Origin: Candidatus Latescibacterota bacterium
Lineage (GTDB): Bacteria; Latescibacterota; UBA2968; UBA8231
Length of the DNA: 64,000 bases
Assembly (NCBI GenBank): GCA_965248265.1
Contig: CBDFJF010000002.1
Span: 2,848,001 to 2,912,000 of the forward strand
Direction: 5' to 3'
The position numbers were made by a program, and so were the translations under genes. How positions within the stretch are numbered: position 1 is the stretch's first letter; each line of letters opens with the position of its first letter. Positions 46,614 through 56,242 of this stretch are shown piece after piece. The notes under the pieces are model-generated. The model did not search any database. It was not told the origin of the DNA and saw only the letters and a list, made by a program, of their open reading frames with translations.

Positions 46614-47594
46614 ATGGAATACCGAGAGTTGGGCAGGACCGGAGTGCGGGTGTCTGCGATGTGTCTGGGTACTGCATTTCGCAGCCAGGATGATGAGCAG
46701 ATTTGCGTGCGCATCATCGACCGCGCCCTCGATTTGGGGTGCAACTTCATAGACACTGCACTCTATGGCGGGAGCCGGTCGGAGGAGATCGTCGGCAAGG
46801 CGATCAAAGACAAGCGCAACGAGGTCATCGTCAACACCAAGATAGAGCGCCTCCTTGGCGATGGCCCCAACTACAATCGCCTCAATCGCATGACGCTGAT
46901 GCAGGGGTGCGAGGCCAGCCTGAAGCGGCTGCAGACCGATCACATCGATACCTACCTGCTGCATCGGTTTGATCCCGAGACCCCGATTGAAGAGACCGTG
47001 CGGGGCCTGGATGATCTGGTACGGCAGGGCAAGGTACGCTACATCGGTTGTTCCAACTGGAAAGCCTGGAAGGTGATGGAAGCCCTGTGGATTTCATCGG
47101 AGAACAACCTGGCATCGTTCGTCTGCATCCAGTCGCAATTCAACTTGCTCAACCGCTTCGAGGTCGAGCCTGAGCTGATGCCGCTATGTAAACAGTTCGG
47201 GTTGGGAATCATGGCATACAGCCCGCTGGCCATCGGCCTGTTGACCGGACGCTTTCGACGTGGCCAGGAGCCGCCACCGAATACATCTTGGAGCAGGGGA
47301 GAGAACCGCGGATTGAGCCCTCACAAGTACGACTTCGACGCGGCCATGGACGAGCATGCCGACCGCGTCGTGCAGACGCTGATCGATATCGGCTCGCGGC
47401 ATGAGAGGACTCCAGCCCAGGTGGCGATCGCCTGGATCCTCGACCACGAAGAAATCAGCGCGCCGATCCTGGGTGCTGATCAGGTCGAGCATGTGGAGGA
47501 GATCTGCGCCGGACTGGATTGGACGTTAGGATTGGAGGATCGGGCGCTGCTGGATGAGGTCTCGCAGCGCTCCGAGCATCCGAGGTACTCATGA
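46614..47594 (+). CDS. Aldo/keto reductase
   Basis: MEYRELGRTGVRVSAMCLGT, IDTALY, TK, SLKRLQTDHIDTYLLH, YSPLA; SD GAGGAGG. Confidence 0.93.
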   Translation: MEYRELGRTGVRVSAMCLGTAFRSQDDEQICVRIIDRALDLGCNFIDTALYGGSRSEEIVGKAIKDKRNEVIVNTKIERLLGDGPNYNRLNRMTLMQGCEASLKRLQTDHIDTYLLHRFDPETPIEETVRGLDDLVRQGKVRYIGCSNWKAWKVMEALWISSENNLASFVCIQSQFNLLNRFEVEPELMPLCKQFGLGIMAYSPLAIGLLTGRFRRGQEPPPNTSWSRGENRGLSPHKYDFDAAMDEHADRVVQTLIDIGSRHERTPAQVAIAWILDHEEISAPILGADQVEHVEEICAGLDWTLGLEDRALLDEVSQRSEHPRYS

Positions 47595-47676
47595 GTGCTG
47601 AGAGCGTGTGCATCGGGAGCGCGCAGCAACGAGCCTAGCAGCATCAACTTTGACCTGAGACGCGCGCTTCTGGGCA

Positions 47677-47717
47677 GACGTCTTGACGTTTCAACGCTAA
47701 AACGTTACCATTGTGGC
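47677..47717 (+). promoter_or_regulatory. Sigma70-type promoter overlaid by four 8-bp-periodic repeats
   Basis: TTGACG (47683-88), 17 bp, TACCAT (47706-11), then 6 nt to ATG; repeats GACGTCTT/GACGTTTC/AACGCTAA/AACGTTAC. Confidence 0.65.
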
Positions 47718-47951
47718 ATGACAGACACTACCAAACGCAGCACCGTCTACTTCGATCCATCCATTCACCGGGCTTTGAGACTCAAGGCAGCTGAGACCGA
47801 TCGTTCGGTTTCCGACCTGGTCAACGATGCTGTGCGCCAGTCATTGGCCGAAGACGCGGACGACCTGGCTGCGTTCGAGGATCGCGCTGCTGAACCCAAT
47901 CTCTCTTTCGAGGATGCCGTCAAGTCTTTGAAGCGCAGTGGCAAGATATAG
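47718..47951 (+). CDS. CopG/RHH antitoxin
   Basis: KRSTVYFDPSIHRALRLKAAETDRSVSDLVNDAVRQSLAEDADDLAAF. Confidence 0.88.
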   Translation: MTDTTKRSTVYFDPSIHRALRLKAAETDRSVSDLVNDAVRQSLAEDADDLAAFEDRAAEPNLSFEDAVKSLKRSGKI

Positions 47952-48198
47952 CGTCCAGATCAAGCCCTCTGCGTTACGAGAGATCGAAGCAATCCCTCAG
48001 AAAAGAATCCGGCAGCGAATTGTCAGGCGAATTTCCGCGCTGGCCGACGATCCACGACCATCTGGTTGCGAGAAGCTGTCTGGGCAGGATAGGTATCGGG
48101 TCCGCCAGGGCTCGTATCGTGTTGTGTATTCCATCGAGGATCAGGCGCTCGTCGTCTTCGTGGTGAGGGTGGCTCACCGCTCCAGTGTGTACCGCTGA
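47938..48198 (+). CDS. relE: RelE/ParE family toxin
   Basis: LADDPRPSGCEKLSG...YRVRQGSYRVVYSI...VVRVAHRSSVY. Confidence 0.92.
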   Translation: MARYSVQIKPSALREIEAIPQKRIRQRIVRRISALADDPRPSGCEKLSGQDRYRVRQGSYRVVYSIEDQALVVFVVRVAHRSSVYR

Positions 48199-48213
48199 CA
48201 ACCGGGCCAACTA

Positions 48214-48723
48214 CTACCTGCTTTCCACTCTCGCTTTCAGTGCGGCGTTCATCGCTTCGAATCCGCGTTTGGTATCGGTCTTCAGGCCGGGAGCAAAGAA
48301 CGGCACCAGAATGCCATGGAATTTCTCCCATTGGACGAATCGTGTGCTGCTGGATCCGGCGGACTCCAGTTGAAAGACGTGCTCACCATCGAAAATACCG
48401 GGGATTAGCACGCGACCCTTCCAGCGTAATTCCTGGTTGGCAGAAACCCTCAGTACAGTCGGTTGGAAGGTCATGGGATCTATTCCAGGTGCTCCGATCT
48501 CGACCGTGATCGTCTCGCCCTCGACGAGGTTGCCTTCAAGTCTTCTGATAAAGGGATTCCATTCGTGATAGCGCTCGTTGTCGGTCAGGACCGACCATAC
48601 TTCGTCTGGTTTGGCTTCGATCAATATCTGGGTGTGTAGTTCCGTGACACGAGAAAGCGACCACAGCACGTACACCGCGAGGCCCGCCAGCGCGGCGAGG
48701 ACGACTTGCCCGGTTCGACTCAT
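48214..48723 (-). CDS. SRPBCC domain protein with N-terminal anchor
   Basis: IEAKPDEVWSVLTD...EWNPFI...ELRW...FDGEHVF...MNAALKARVE. Confidence 0.88.
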   Translation of the reverse strand: MSRTGQVVLAALAGLAVYVLWSLSRVTELHTQILIEAKPDEVWSVLTDNERYHEWNPFIRRLEGNLVEGETITVEIGAPGIDPMTFQPTVLRVSANQELRWKGRVLIPGIFDGEHVFQLESAGSSSTRFVQWEKFHGILVPFFAPGLKTDTKRGFEAMNAALKARVESR

Positions 48724-48741
48724 GACCGGTCTCCTTTCGCG

Positions 48742-49251
48742 CTATTGCCTCAGCAACCAGCGGATGCGTTTGAAGGAAATGGCGTAGTGCACACCGGTGG
48801 TGGCAGCATAGCCCCTGGCCAGATCCGCGTGTCCCATGTCCGCCATGGCCCAGGTGGCGAATCCGAAGAAGGCGAGTTCAACTCCAAGTCGCGCAAGTCC
48901 GGGCACGCGGACAAGGCCTTTGCCTCCTCGGCTGGGATCGTTTGGGACCGCGAAGGTGCCCCAGGCGCCGGCGGCTACTACGGGAACGCCGATCATCAGG
49001 CTGTAGCCAGCTACACCGTCCGTCTGATCCAGACCCCAGGCTCCCATGGCGGTCAACGCTGCCAGTTCGAGGGTGAAGCGCAGGGCGCCATTGGCCGGAT
49101 GCATCCGAGGGGGTTCACATTCCATCGATTCTGAATTGTCCTCGTTGTCACTCATTCGCGGAGTTTGTGCAATCGCATCACCGAAGGTGGCGTCCTGGGC
49201 GAAACAGATTGTACCGAAACCAAAGATGAGAGACCAGACCAGTGCGTGCAT
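48742..49251 (-). CDS. YrdB (DUF2568) family membrane protein with N-terminal extension
   Basis: HPANGALRFTLELAAL...WG...WGTFAVPNDPSR...RLGVELAFF. Confidence 0.75.
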   Translation of the reverse strand: MHALVWSLIFGFGTICFAQDATFGDAIAQTPRMSDNEDNSESMECEPPRMHPANGALRFTLELAALTAMGAWGLDQTDGVAGYSLMIGVPVVAAGAWGTFAVPNDPSRGGKGLVRVPGLARLGVELAFFGFATWAMADMGHADLARGYAATTGVHYAISFKRIRWLLRQ

Positions 49252-49259
49252 GCGCGTGA

Positions 49260-50084
49260 CTATTCTCCTGCTGACTCAGTTTGCAGTGCCTCAATCGTGT
49301 TTTCGACAGACTGACGGAATGGTTCGGGCAGAGACTCCAGGTATTCCGGTTCAGAGTACTCCGATTCCAGCGCCCACTTGCTGATGCCGCAATGCTTGGC
49401 CCATTCCTTGGTGCCATACACGGCGAAGAGTGATCGGCGTCTCTTGCCGGGTGGCTTCACACCCCGATGAATCCCGCGCCAGTCAAAGGGGATGGCGCTG
49501 CCGGCGCGGACCTGCAGCTGGATGGCTCCGGGGAACATCTCCTCCGGTCCGGTTCGTTCTTCCACGAAGCGAGCTTCCTCTTCTTCGGTGTTGGCGCGAT
49601 TGTGGGAGCCGGGTACGAACCAGAAGGAATCGTCGTCTTCCAACGCGATGAGAACCTGCGTCGACTGCGCAGTGTCCTCTTCCCTGATCTGTTTTTCCAT
49701 GGGGGAGTCCTTACCCCACAGAAAGTAGGAATCCCGGTGCCACTGTCCCTGGTAGTCGTAATCGTTGTTCATGGCAAAGGCGGCGGATCCGTGCATGGCC
49801 AAGTCGCCAGTGTATAGGTTGCGCGCGAAAGAGATGATTTTCTGGGCACCGAGCGCATCCATCAGTGGAAAGCGTGCCAGAGCCGGGTGATGCGGATCCT
49901 GGAACCGATAGCCCTTGAGGAATCCGGTTTCTTCATCCCGTGGTGCTATTTCCAGGCGCAGCGCGGTCTCGAGGGTTTGCTCGTAGCAGTCGTGGACTTC
50001 GGCGAGATGGGCGGGTGGTACGACGTCCTCCAGGACTACGTAGCCTTGGCGCCGGTAGGTGGCTGCGTGCGAGTCAGTGATCAT
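49260..50084 (-). CDS. PhyH family dioxygenase
   Basis: YRRQGYVV, WHRD, VPGSH, IHRG...RRS. Confidence 0.88.
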   Translation of the reverse strand: MITDSHAATYRRQGYVVLEDVVPPAHLAEVHDCYEQTLETALRLEIAPRDEETGFLKGYRFQDPHHPALARFPLMDALGAQKIISFARNLYTGDLAMHGSAAFAMNNDYDYQGQWHRDSYFLWGKDSPMEKQIREEDTAQSTQVLIALEDDDSFWFVPGSHNRANTEEEEARFVEERTGPEEMFPGAIQLQVRAGSAIPFDWRGIHRGVKPPGKRRRSLFAVYGTKEWAKHCGISKWALESEYSEPEYLESLPEPFRQSVENTIEALQTESAGE

Positions 50085-50268
50085 GGGTAGGCCTTTTCAC
50101 AATGCGATCTGGGGTAGCCTGGGCCAGCTAAACCAGCGGGCACATGCGGCAACGGTACGCTGTACCTAACCTTCGCGGCAACCCCGCTCGGTTGTTGTCA
50201 CGAACGCAGGAACTCATCAAATTCAAGGGTAATGACGTTAACAGACACCGCGAGGGAAACACAGCACC

Positions 50269-51027
50269 ATGGACTGGAAGCCGAACGAAGCGACGATCAA
50301 GCAAGACTTCGACCGGGCTGGGTACTGCATCATACGCAATCACTTGAATGCACAGGAGACGGCACAGGTTCGCGAGAACGTTGAGCGTTTCGTCAGCGAC
50401 GTCTTGCCCGGTCTGCCGAAGGACAAGGCCTACTACGAAGACAAAAACGACGCCGGGACGCTCATGCGTCTGGTGGGGATGACGGAGAACGACGATTACT
50501 TCGGGGAGCTCTACCGCAGCGAGCAGTTTCTGGGGCTCGCCGATCACCTGTTGGACGGGGCCAGAGAGTCGCAGATGCAGTGGTTTGACAAACCGCCCCG
50601 TCTCGGCAAAGCGACCCCTCCTCACCAGGACGGATTCTACTACATGCTGGAGCCGAACGAAGCGCTGACGCTATGGCTGGCCATCGATACGGCGGACGAG
50701 GAGAACGGCTGCGTTCGCTACGTTCCGGGTTCTCATCGCCATGATATGAGACCTCACAGACCCAGTGGTGTCCTCGGCTTCTCGCAGGGGATTACGGATT
50801 ACGGCGATGAGGATTTCGCCACTGAGGTGCCTATGGTCGCCGAGCCCGGGGATGTCATCGTTCACCATTGCCTGACCATCCACCGCGCCGATGCCAACCC
50901 CAGCGATCGCCACCGCGCTGCCCTCGGGTTCCACTATCACGCCAAGCGAGCCGTGGCAGACGCGCAGCGGCGCGAGACTTACCAGAAGCAGCTGATGGAA
51001 CAGTGGGAGGCTGAAGGAAAGCTGTGA
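50269..51027 (+). CDS. PhyH family dioxygenase
   Basis: TPPHQD, NGCVRYVPGSH, PGDVIVHH...IHRADAN...R. Confidence 0.92.
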   Translation: MDWKPNEATIKQDFDRAGYCIIRNHLNAQETAQVRENVERFVSDVLPGLPKDKAYYEDKNDAGTLMRLVGMTENDDYFGELYRSEQFLGLADHLLDGARESQMQWFDKPPRLGKATPPHQDGFYYMLEPNEALTLWLAIDTADEENGCVRYVPGSHRHDMRPHRPSGVLGFSQGITDYGDEDFATEVPMVAEPGDVIVHHCLTIHRADANPSDRHRAALGFHYHAKRAVADAQRRETYQKQLMEQWEAEGKL

Positions 51028-51037
51028 CAGCTCGCGG

Positions 51038-51832
51038 CTACACCAGCCCTTCTTCCTCAGCAACCTGCAGCCGTTGCTCGAGATGACGCATGCGGCCCGT
51101 TCCCGCTGTGCGCAGCATGGCTTCGCCGTACACCCTGCCATCCTCAACACTATCAGTCACCAACTGGACCAGATGCACGAGCTGCTCGCCTGACATGTGC
51201 TCTTCGAAGTTGTAGGTGAACATCCGTCGTCTGGTGCCGCCGCCCCAGGAGCTGTGTTTTGTCTTGTGGTTGAACAGCAGCATGTCGCCGGGAGTCGATT
51301 CCACCGCGCGGGCTGGTACTTCGCGGCCATGCACGCCCCATGCTTCTTTTGTGCGATCGTAACGTGATCTGGGCGCCACTTCGTGGAGGGCGTCGCTGAA
51401 GGCATCACCGTGATGGCAACTGCCCGGAATGACACGCAGACAACCGCTGTCTGCGTCGACCGGGTCGAGGTAGAAGGCGATTTTCAACGAGCGGAAAGGG
51501 ACATCGATGGGACGGTCCGAGTGCCAGTTGGTATCACCGACGTAGTAATTTCCGTCGCTGCCGGTGTAGTTGTAGTCGTCGCCGAGTATGGAGCCAACGA
51601 CGAGATCGATGCGCGGATCGTCGATGAGACTGGACAGGTAGTCGCTGCGGTCTATGAAAGGTATCAAACCGGAGCGTGTCAGGTGGTCATGCGTGTGTCC
51701 GCTCTCAGACCACACGTGCTCGAATTCAGTGGTGATGTCATCGATTTCGGCCGCGAAGAGGCCGGGGAATACCAGGAACCCGAAGCTGTCGAAGTAAGTC
51801 AGCTGCTGTTCTGTCAGGGTCGGCGTAATCAT
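51038..51832 (-). CDS. PhyH family dioxygenase
   Basis: LTEQQLTYFDSFGFL, WHSD, GCLRVIPGS, PGDMLLF...HSS...RRMF. Confidence 0.9.
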   Translation of the reverse strand: MITPTLTEQQLTYFDSFGFLVFPGLFAAEIDDITTEFEHVWSESGHTHDHLTRSGLIPFIDRSDYLSSLIDDPRIDLVVGSILGDDYNYTGSDGNYYVGDTNWHSDRPIDVPFRSLKIAFYLDPVDADSGCLRVIPGSCHHGDAFSDALHEVAPRSRYDRTKEAWGVHGREVPARAVESTPGDMLLFNHKTKHSSWGGGTRRRMFTYNFEEHMSGEQLVHLVQLVTDSVEDGRVYGEAMLRTAGTGRMRHLEQRLQVAEEEGLV

Positions 51833-52117
51833 GACGACAATATAGGGCAACGGCCGGCGTCAGAGTGTACAGTCAAACAGTTAGGGCAGATAGTTAGGGC
51901 GGACCGATCGTAATGCGTTGTGGTCCGGAAGCGCCGGAGGGAATGAGGGCATCTAACAGGGGGCTGGCTGTTCGTCGAGCTCCCCTTGCCAGGGTTTGTA
52001 TGTTGCCATGGAAGTCACCCGGGGCGATACGGATTGCTCTGTCAATGAGGGGATGGCCCGTCTTCAACGGTATCGCGCCAATCATGCGATGCTCTTCGCG
52101 GTTTTAAATCCTCTGTG

Positions 52118-53123
52118 TCAATTCGCTGCCAATACCGCAGCAATGCCGACTCTCACAGTGAATTCATTGGCAGCGGTCTCCTCGTCAAACCAGTGGCGAT
52201 ACCCAGCTTCGAATTTTACGACGAGAGTTTTCTGAATGAGCTGGCGGTTGCCGACGCTGACGCCGACGCCCCAATTCGTGTCTGAGACTTCGTCAAACGA
52301 TGTATGGAGAAGAGCGCCATGTCCCGAGACGTATGGAGAATTCGTATGGGCTCCGGCAAAAAGGTATGCGACCCGACCTTCCAATCCCAAGATCGTGACA
52401 CTTTCCCCGTCGGATGAAACTCTGGAAAAATTCAATTGCGGCTCGACTGCCACCTTTGGCCTGGGAAAAAAGGAGGCGAAGACCATCGGTTGACTCAACA
52501 ACCCGCCGCCAGGGATACCAACACTGACGATATTATCTTCATCCGCATCATCGGGCGATATGATGCTGAGACCTGCATAAGTGCCGATCTCAACCAATGG
52601 TGCGCCGCCGGATGGGGCTGCTACCGGTACCACAGCTTGCGGCTCCTGGAAGACTGGCTTGGCGCTTGCCTTTGGCACCACTGGAGATTCCGTCTCTTTT
52701 CTCACCTGTGTCTGGATCTCGGGTTCGTTTGCGGATCGCGTTGCGATGGCGCCCCGATGGTACCAGCCTGAGTTCAACTTTGGCCTGCTGTTCACCGCTG
52801 CCGTGCCATACGCTGTACAGAATCGTGCCGGCTTCCGGGTGGCCTGCAGGCGCCATCGACCGAGCCCAGCGAAACCGCTCTATGGCATTGGGCAACACAC
52901 CAAACACCTTGGCGATGACAGTGATCTGGCTCGAATCCAATCGCACCGCATTCACGGTCCTATAGCCCGGTACGTCCCCTCTCATTGCCACCATATCCTC
53001 TTGGGTGACCTGCGCGCTCTCCTGGGGTGGGGTGGATTCGACTTCCTGCTGGGCGTGTACGAAAGCAGGCAATGTACCCGTCAGCGATACGAGAATAATC
53101 GCGACCTGGATCAGTTTTTTCAT
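52118..53123 (-). pseudogene. Secreted protein with C-terminal outer-membrane beta-barrel, split by a frameshift
   Basis: ORF 52590-53123 has SD plus signal peptide; ORF 52118-52795 carries amphipathic beta-strands. Removing one G from GGGG (+ strand CCCC, 52752-55) joins them. Confidence 0.6.
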
Positions 53124-53295
53124 ACCTGCAATCCTTCTCCGTTCGTTTTAACGTTGTTCACCCCAGCCAACGGGCGGACGGCGATCGTGGCGGACAGTTG
53201 GGGCCATGTCAAACGCCGGTTTTCCAGGTAGGAGTCGGCGAGTACACGATTCTCTGAAACCCAACCCCGCCTAGTGCTCTGTTAAGAAATCGAGC

Positions 53296-53324
53296 TTGTA
53301 TTTTGTCGTAAGTCGTGGTATCAT
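53296..53324 (+). promoter_or_regulatory. Putative transposase promoter
   Basis: TTGTAT, 17 bp, TATCAT with a TG extension; SD AGGAGG before ATG 53361. Confidence 0.55.
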
Positions 53325-53360
53325 GGATACATATGGTGAATCCTTCAGGAGGGTGATGCT

Positions 53361-54421
53361 ATGTGTCTCCATGCTCGTTCGCCGAACGCGGCGGAGTCTA
53401 AGGAACTGGGACGGTGGCTGAAACGGCCTCGCAACGCCGTGCAGATGCGCCGTGGGCAGTTGATCTCGTTCAGCGCCCAGGGCATGCGCGTCCAGGAGAT
53501 CTCGGATACACTGCATCTGCATGAGGAGTACGTTCGCCAGTTGATCCGCCAGTACAACGAAGGGGGATTGACGGTTTTGCGCACTCGGGCACGTCCGGGG
53601 CGTCCTTCGAAGTTGACGCCGGAAGACGAATCCGTGGTGGTGGAAATTGCCACGATGCCTCCTCGCGCGTTCGGCCAGCCGTTCAACCAGTGGTCGTTGC
53701 GCAAGCTGACTGACTGCCTGGTGGGACGGCAGATGATTCCCGAGGTTTCGCATGTGACCATCGGAAAAATCTTGGATCAACATAAGGTTACCTATCAACG
53801 CACGCGCACTTGGAAAGAATCAAAGGACCCGGAGTTTGTCTCTAAAAAAAACGCATCAACCGACTCTACAAGCGGGCGCCGAAAGACACGGTCGTAGTCT
53901 GTTTCGACGAACTGGGACCAGTCCAGATCAAGCCGCATGCCGGTGCTTCCTGGGCCCCACACAAGCGCCCGGTCCGGCATCGGGCAACCTATAGCCGCCA
54001 CGGCGGCGTCAGCTATTTCTTTGGAGCCTATAACGTCCATGAGGACATCCTGTGGATGCATCACAAACCCAAGAAACACGCGTCGGTCGTACTCGATTTC
54101 CTCAAGGCCATTCGGCTCCGCTATCGCACGGCGAAGCGGATCTATGTCGTCATGGATAATCTGTCGACGCACAAGACACCGCCGATCTTGCAGTGGTGCC
54201 GACGAAACCGGGTCTCGCCGGTCTTCACCGCCACCAACGCGTCATGGATGAATCGGCTCGAATGTCACCTCACGGCAGCCCATTACTTCGTCATCAAAAA
54301 CAGCGATCCCAACGATCATCGAGAAGTCGGCCAGCGCATGCAGGAGTACCTGAGGTGGCGAAACAAGAACACCGACAACGCCAAGCTGGCCAAAGTCCAA
54401 AACTCAATGCCCACTCTTTAA
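53361..54421 (+). CDS. IS630 transposase (HTH orfA plus DDE orfB joined by -1 frameshift at A8, 53844-53851)
   Basis: orfA has RARPGRP and WSLRKL. The -1 frame opens right after TAA at 53843 and reads KRINRLY...CFDELGP...MDNLSTH...SWMNRLE. Confidence 0.9.
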
Positions 54422-54447
54422 CAGAGCACTAGGGAGCCCAACCACCA

Positions 54448-55926
54448 ATGCGCATCGCCACCGGCGCCATCTGTCACGAAACCAGCACCTTCACCACCGT
54501 CGCCACCACCTGGGAGAGCTGGTGCGACCACCGCTTCGGCTACCTAACCGGCGATGCCATCCTGGACAAGTTCGGGGGTACGAACTCCGCCATCGGCGGC
54601 TTCATGGCCGGGGCCGACAAGCACGGCTTCAAGCTCATCCCGACCATCTTCGCCAACGCCAATCCCAGCGGGGTGACCTCGCGGGAGGTCTTCGACCGCA
54701 TCCTCAATGACCTGCTCGAGCGGCTTAAGTCAGCCGGCCCACTCGACGGGGTCATCCTAAGTCTGCACGGGGCCATGGTGGCCGAGGGGATCGACGACGG
54801 GGAGGGGCATATTCTCGCCGCCATTCGCAACCTGGTCGGTCCTTCCGTCCCCATCATCAGTGAACTCGACATCCACACCAACATGTCGACGCAGATGGTG
54901 GTCATGGCGGATGCCCTGGTCGTCCACCAGACCTTCCCCGAGATCGATCAGGAGGAGTGCGGGCTCAAGTGCGCCCAGATCATGAATGGGATGCTGCGCG
55001 AAGGCCTGCGCCCGACCATGGCGCTGCATCAGCTGCCGCTGGTGTGGGGGATGAACCAGATCACCAAGCACCCGCCCATGTGCGACGCCATCGCCGAGCT
55101 GCACAAGATCGAAGCCCAGCCCGAAGTCGTCACCGCTTCGATTTGTACCGCGTTCCCGCTGGCCGACATTCCCCACATGGGCGCCTCCGTCATCGTGACA
55201 TCAGATAACAACGAAGAGCTAGCTCAGAGCTACGCCGACCAATTGGCCGCCTACCTGTGGAAGCGGCGCGCGGAGTGGCAGTCCGAGTGGAAGCCGACGC
55301 GGGACTACCTCGAGCAGGCCGAGTCGGAGGGGAAATTCCCGGTCGTGTTCGCCGACCGCAACGACAACACCGGCGGCGGCGCTCCCGGCGACGGCACTGC
55401 CATGCTGCGCACCTTCATTGATGCCAAGTTGCAGGATGCCTGTCTGCTGTACATCGTCGACAAAGAAGCGGTGGGACAATGTGAGAAGGCCGGAGTTGGG
55501 GGGACGTTGACTCTGAAAGTTGGCGCCAAGTCGACGCCGCTGCAGGGCGAGCCGATCGAGATGACGGTCGAGGTGGTGGCCCTGTCCGATGGCCGCTTCG
55601 AGTACGAAGGCCCGCGCAATCGCGGCCTGTCCGGGTGCATGGGCCCCAGCGCCCATATCGTCCAGGACGGCGTCCATGTTCTGCTGTGCAGCGACCGCGA
55701 GCAGCCCTACGATACCGCCCTGGCAAAGACCCTGGGCCTGGATCCGCGGGAGATGCGTTATATCGGTCTCAAATCGGCGGGGCATTTTCGGGCCTGTTAC
55801 GAGGAGTTTGCCGGCAACATCTTTTCGGTCTCGGAGCCCAATGTGCATGATCACGAGTTGATCAAGGGGCATTACAAGAATCTGGGGCGGAAGCTGTATC
55901 CCTTTGATGACGTTGAGACTTATTGA
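54448..55926 (+). CDS. M81 family metallopeptidase (MlrC-like)
   Basis: HETSTF, LHGAMV...DGEG, LDIHTN, DNTGGGAPGD, LKSAGHFRA. Confidence 0.92.
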   Translation: MRIATGAICHETSTFTTVATTWESWCDHRFGYLTGDAILDKFGGTNSAIGGFMAGADKHGFKLIPTIFANANPSGVTSREVFDRILNDLLERLKSAGPLDGVILSLHGAMVAEGIDDGEGHILAAIRNLVGPSVPIISELDIHTNMSTQMVVMADALVVHQTFPEIDQEECGLKCAQIMNGMLREGLRPTMALHQLPLVWGMNQITKHPPMCDAIAELHKIEAQPEVVTASICTAFPLADIPHMGASVIVTSDNNEELAQSYADQLAAYLWKRRAEWQSEWKPTRDYLEQAESEGKFPVVFADRNDNTGGGAPGDGTAMLRTFIDAKLQDACLLYIVDKEAVGQCEKAGVGGTLTLKVGAKSTPLQGEPIEMTVEVVALSDGRFEYEGPRNRGLSGCMGPSAHIVQDGVHVLLCSDREQPYDTALAKTLGLDPREMRYIGLKSAGHFRACYEEFAGNIFSVSEPNVHDHELIKGHYKNLGRKLYPFDDVETY

Positions 55927-55936
55927 GTGAGTTCGG

Positions 55937-55972
55937 TTGCGCCGGAGTGTGAGTGATGGTAAATTTGATGGT
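55937..55972 (+). promoter_or_regulatory. Sigma70-type promoter with TGATGGTA direct repeats
   Basis: TTGCGC (55937-42), 17 bp, TAAATT (55960-65), then 7 nt to ATG 55973; TGATGGTA at 55954 and 55966. Confidence 0.55.
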
Positions 55973-56242
55973 ATGAAAACGATGACGCACAGAACCACCT
56001 TTGCTCTCGATGAGGAGACGGCGGGACGTTTGCGGCGTCTGTCGGCTGCCTGGCAGGTGTCTCAGGCCGAGGTCGTGCGCCGGTCGCTGGCTCTTGCAGA
56101 AACCTCCAGTGCTACCGGTGCAGATGCGGCTCAGCTTCTCCGGAAGGTACACGCATCGGGCGAGGGCCTGGTCCGGGAGGAGGCAGAGAAATACCTGGCG
56201 GAAGTACGGGCGGACCGTGACCAGTGGCGTGAGGAGGAGTGA
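55973..56242 (+). CDS. RHH/CopG antitoxin
   Basis: RTTFALDEETAGRLRRLSAAWQVSQAEVVRRS; acidic tail ending DRDQW. Confidence 0.85.
   Translation: MKTMTHRTTFALDEETAGRLRRLSAAWQVSQAEVVRRSLALAETSSATGADAAQLLRKVHASGEGLVREEAEKYLAEVRADRDQWREEE

Larger units (their letters stand above)
53274..54429 (+). mobile_element. IS630-family insertion sequence (about 1156 bp)
   Basis: Ends cTA|GTGCTCTGTTAA and TTAACAGAGCAC|TAg; TA duplication within a CTAG target; two-frame transposase. Confidence 0.93.

Noticed and set aside
51880-51990. attC/attI-like site (GTTAGGGC twice, ATCTAAC)
   Set aside because: Orientation and spacing do not form a valid attC hairpin; may be chance.
54448-55926. Microcystin degradation cluster
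   Set aside because: Only an M81/MlrC-family gene; no mlrA, mlrB or mlrD.
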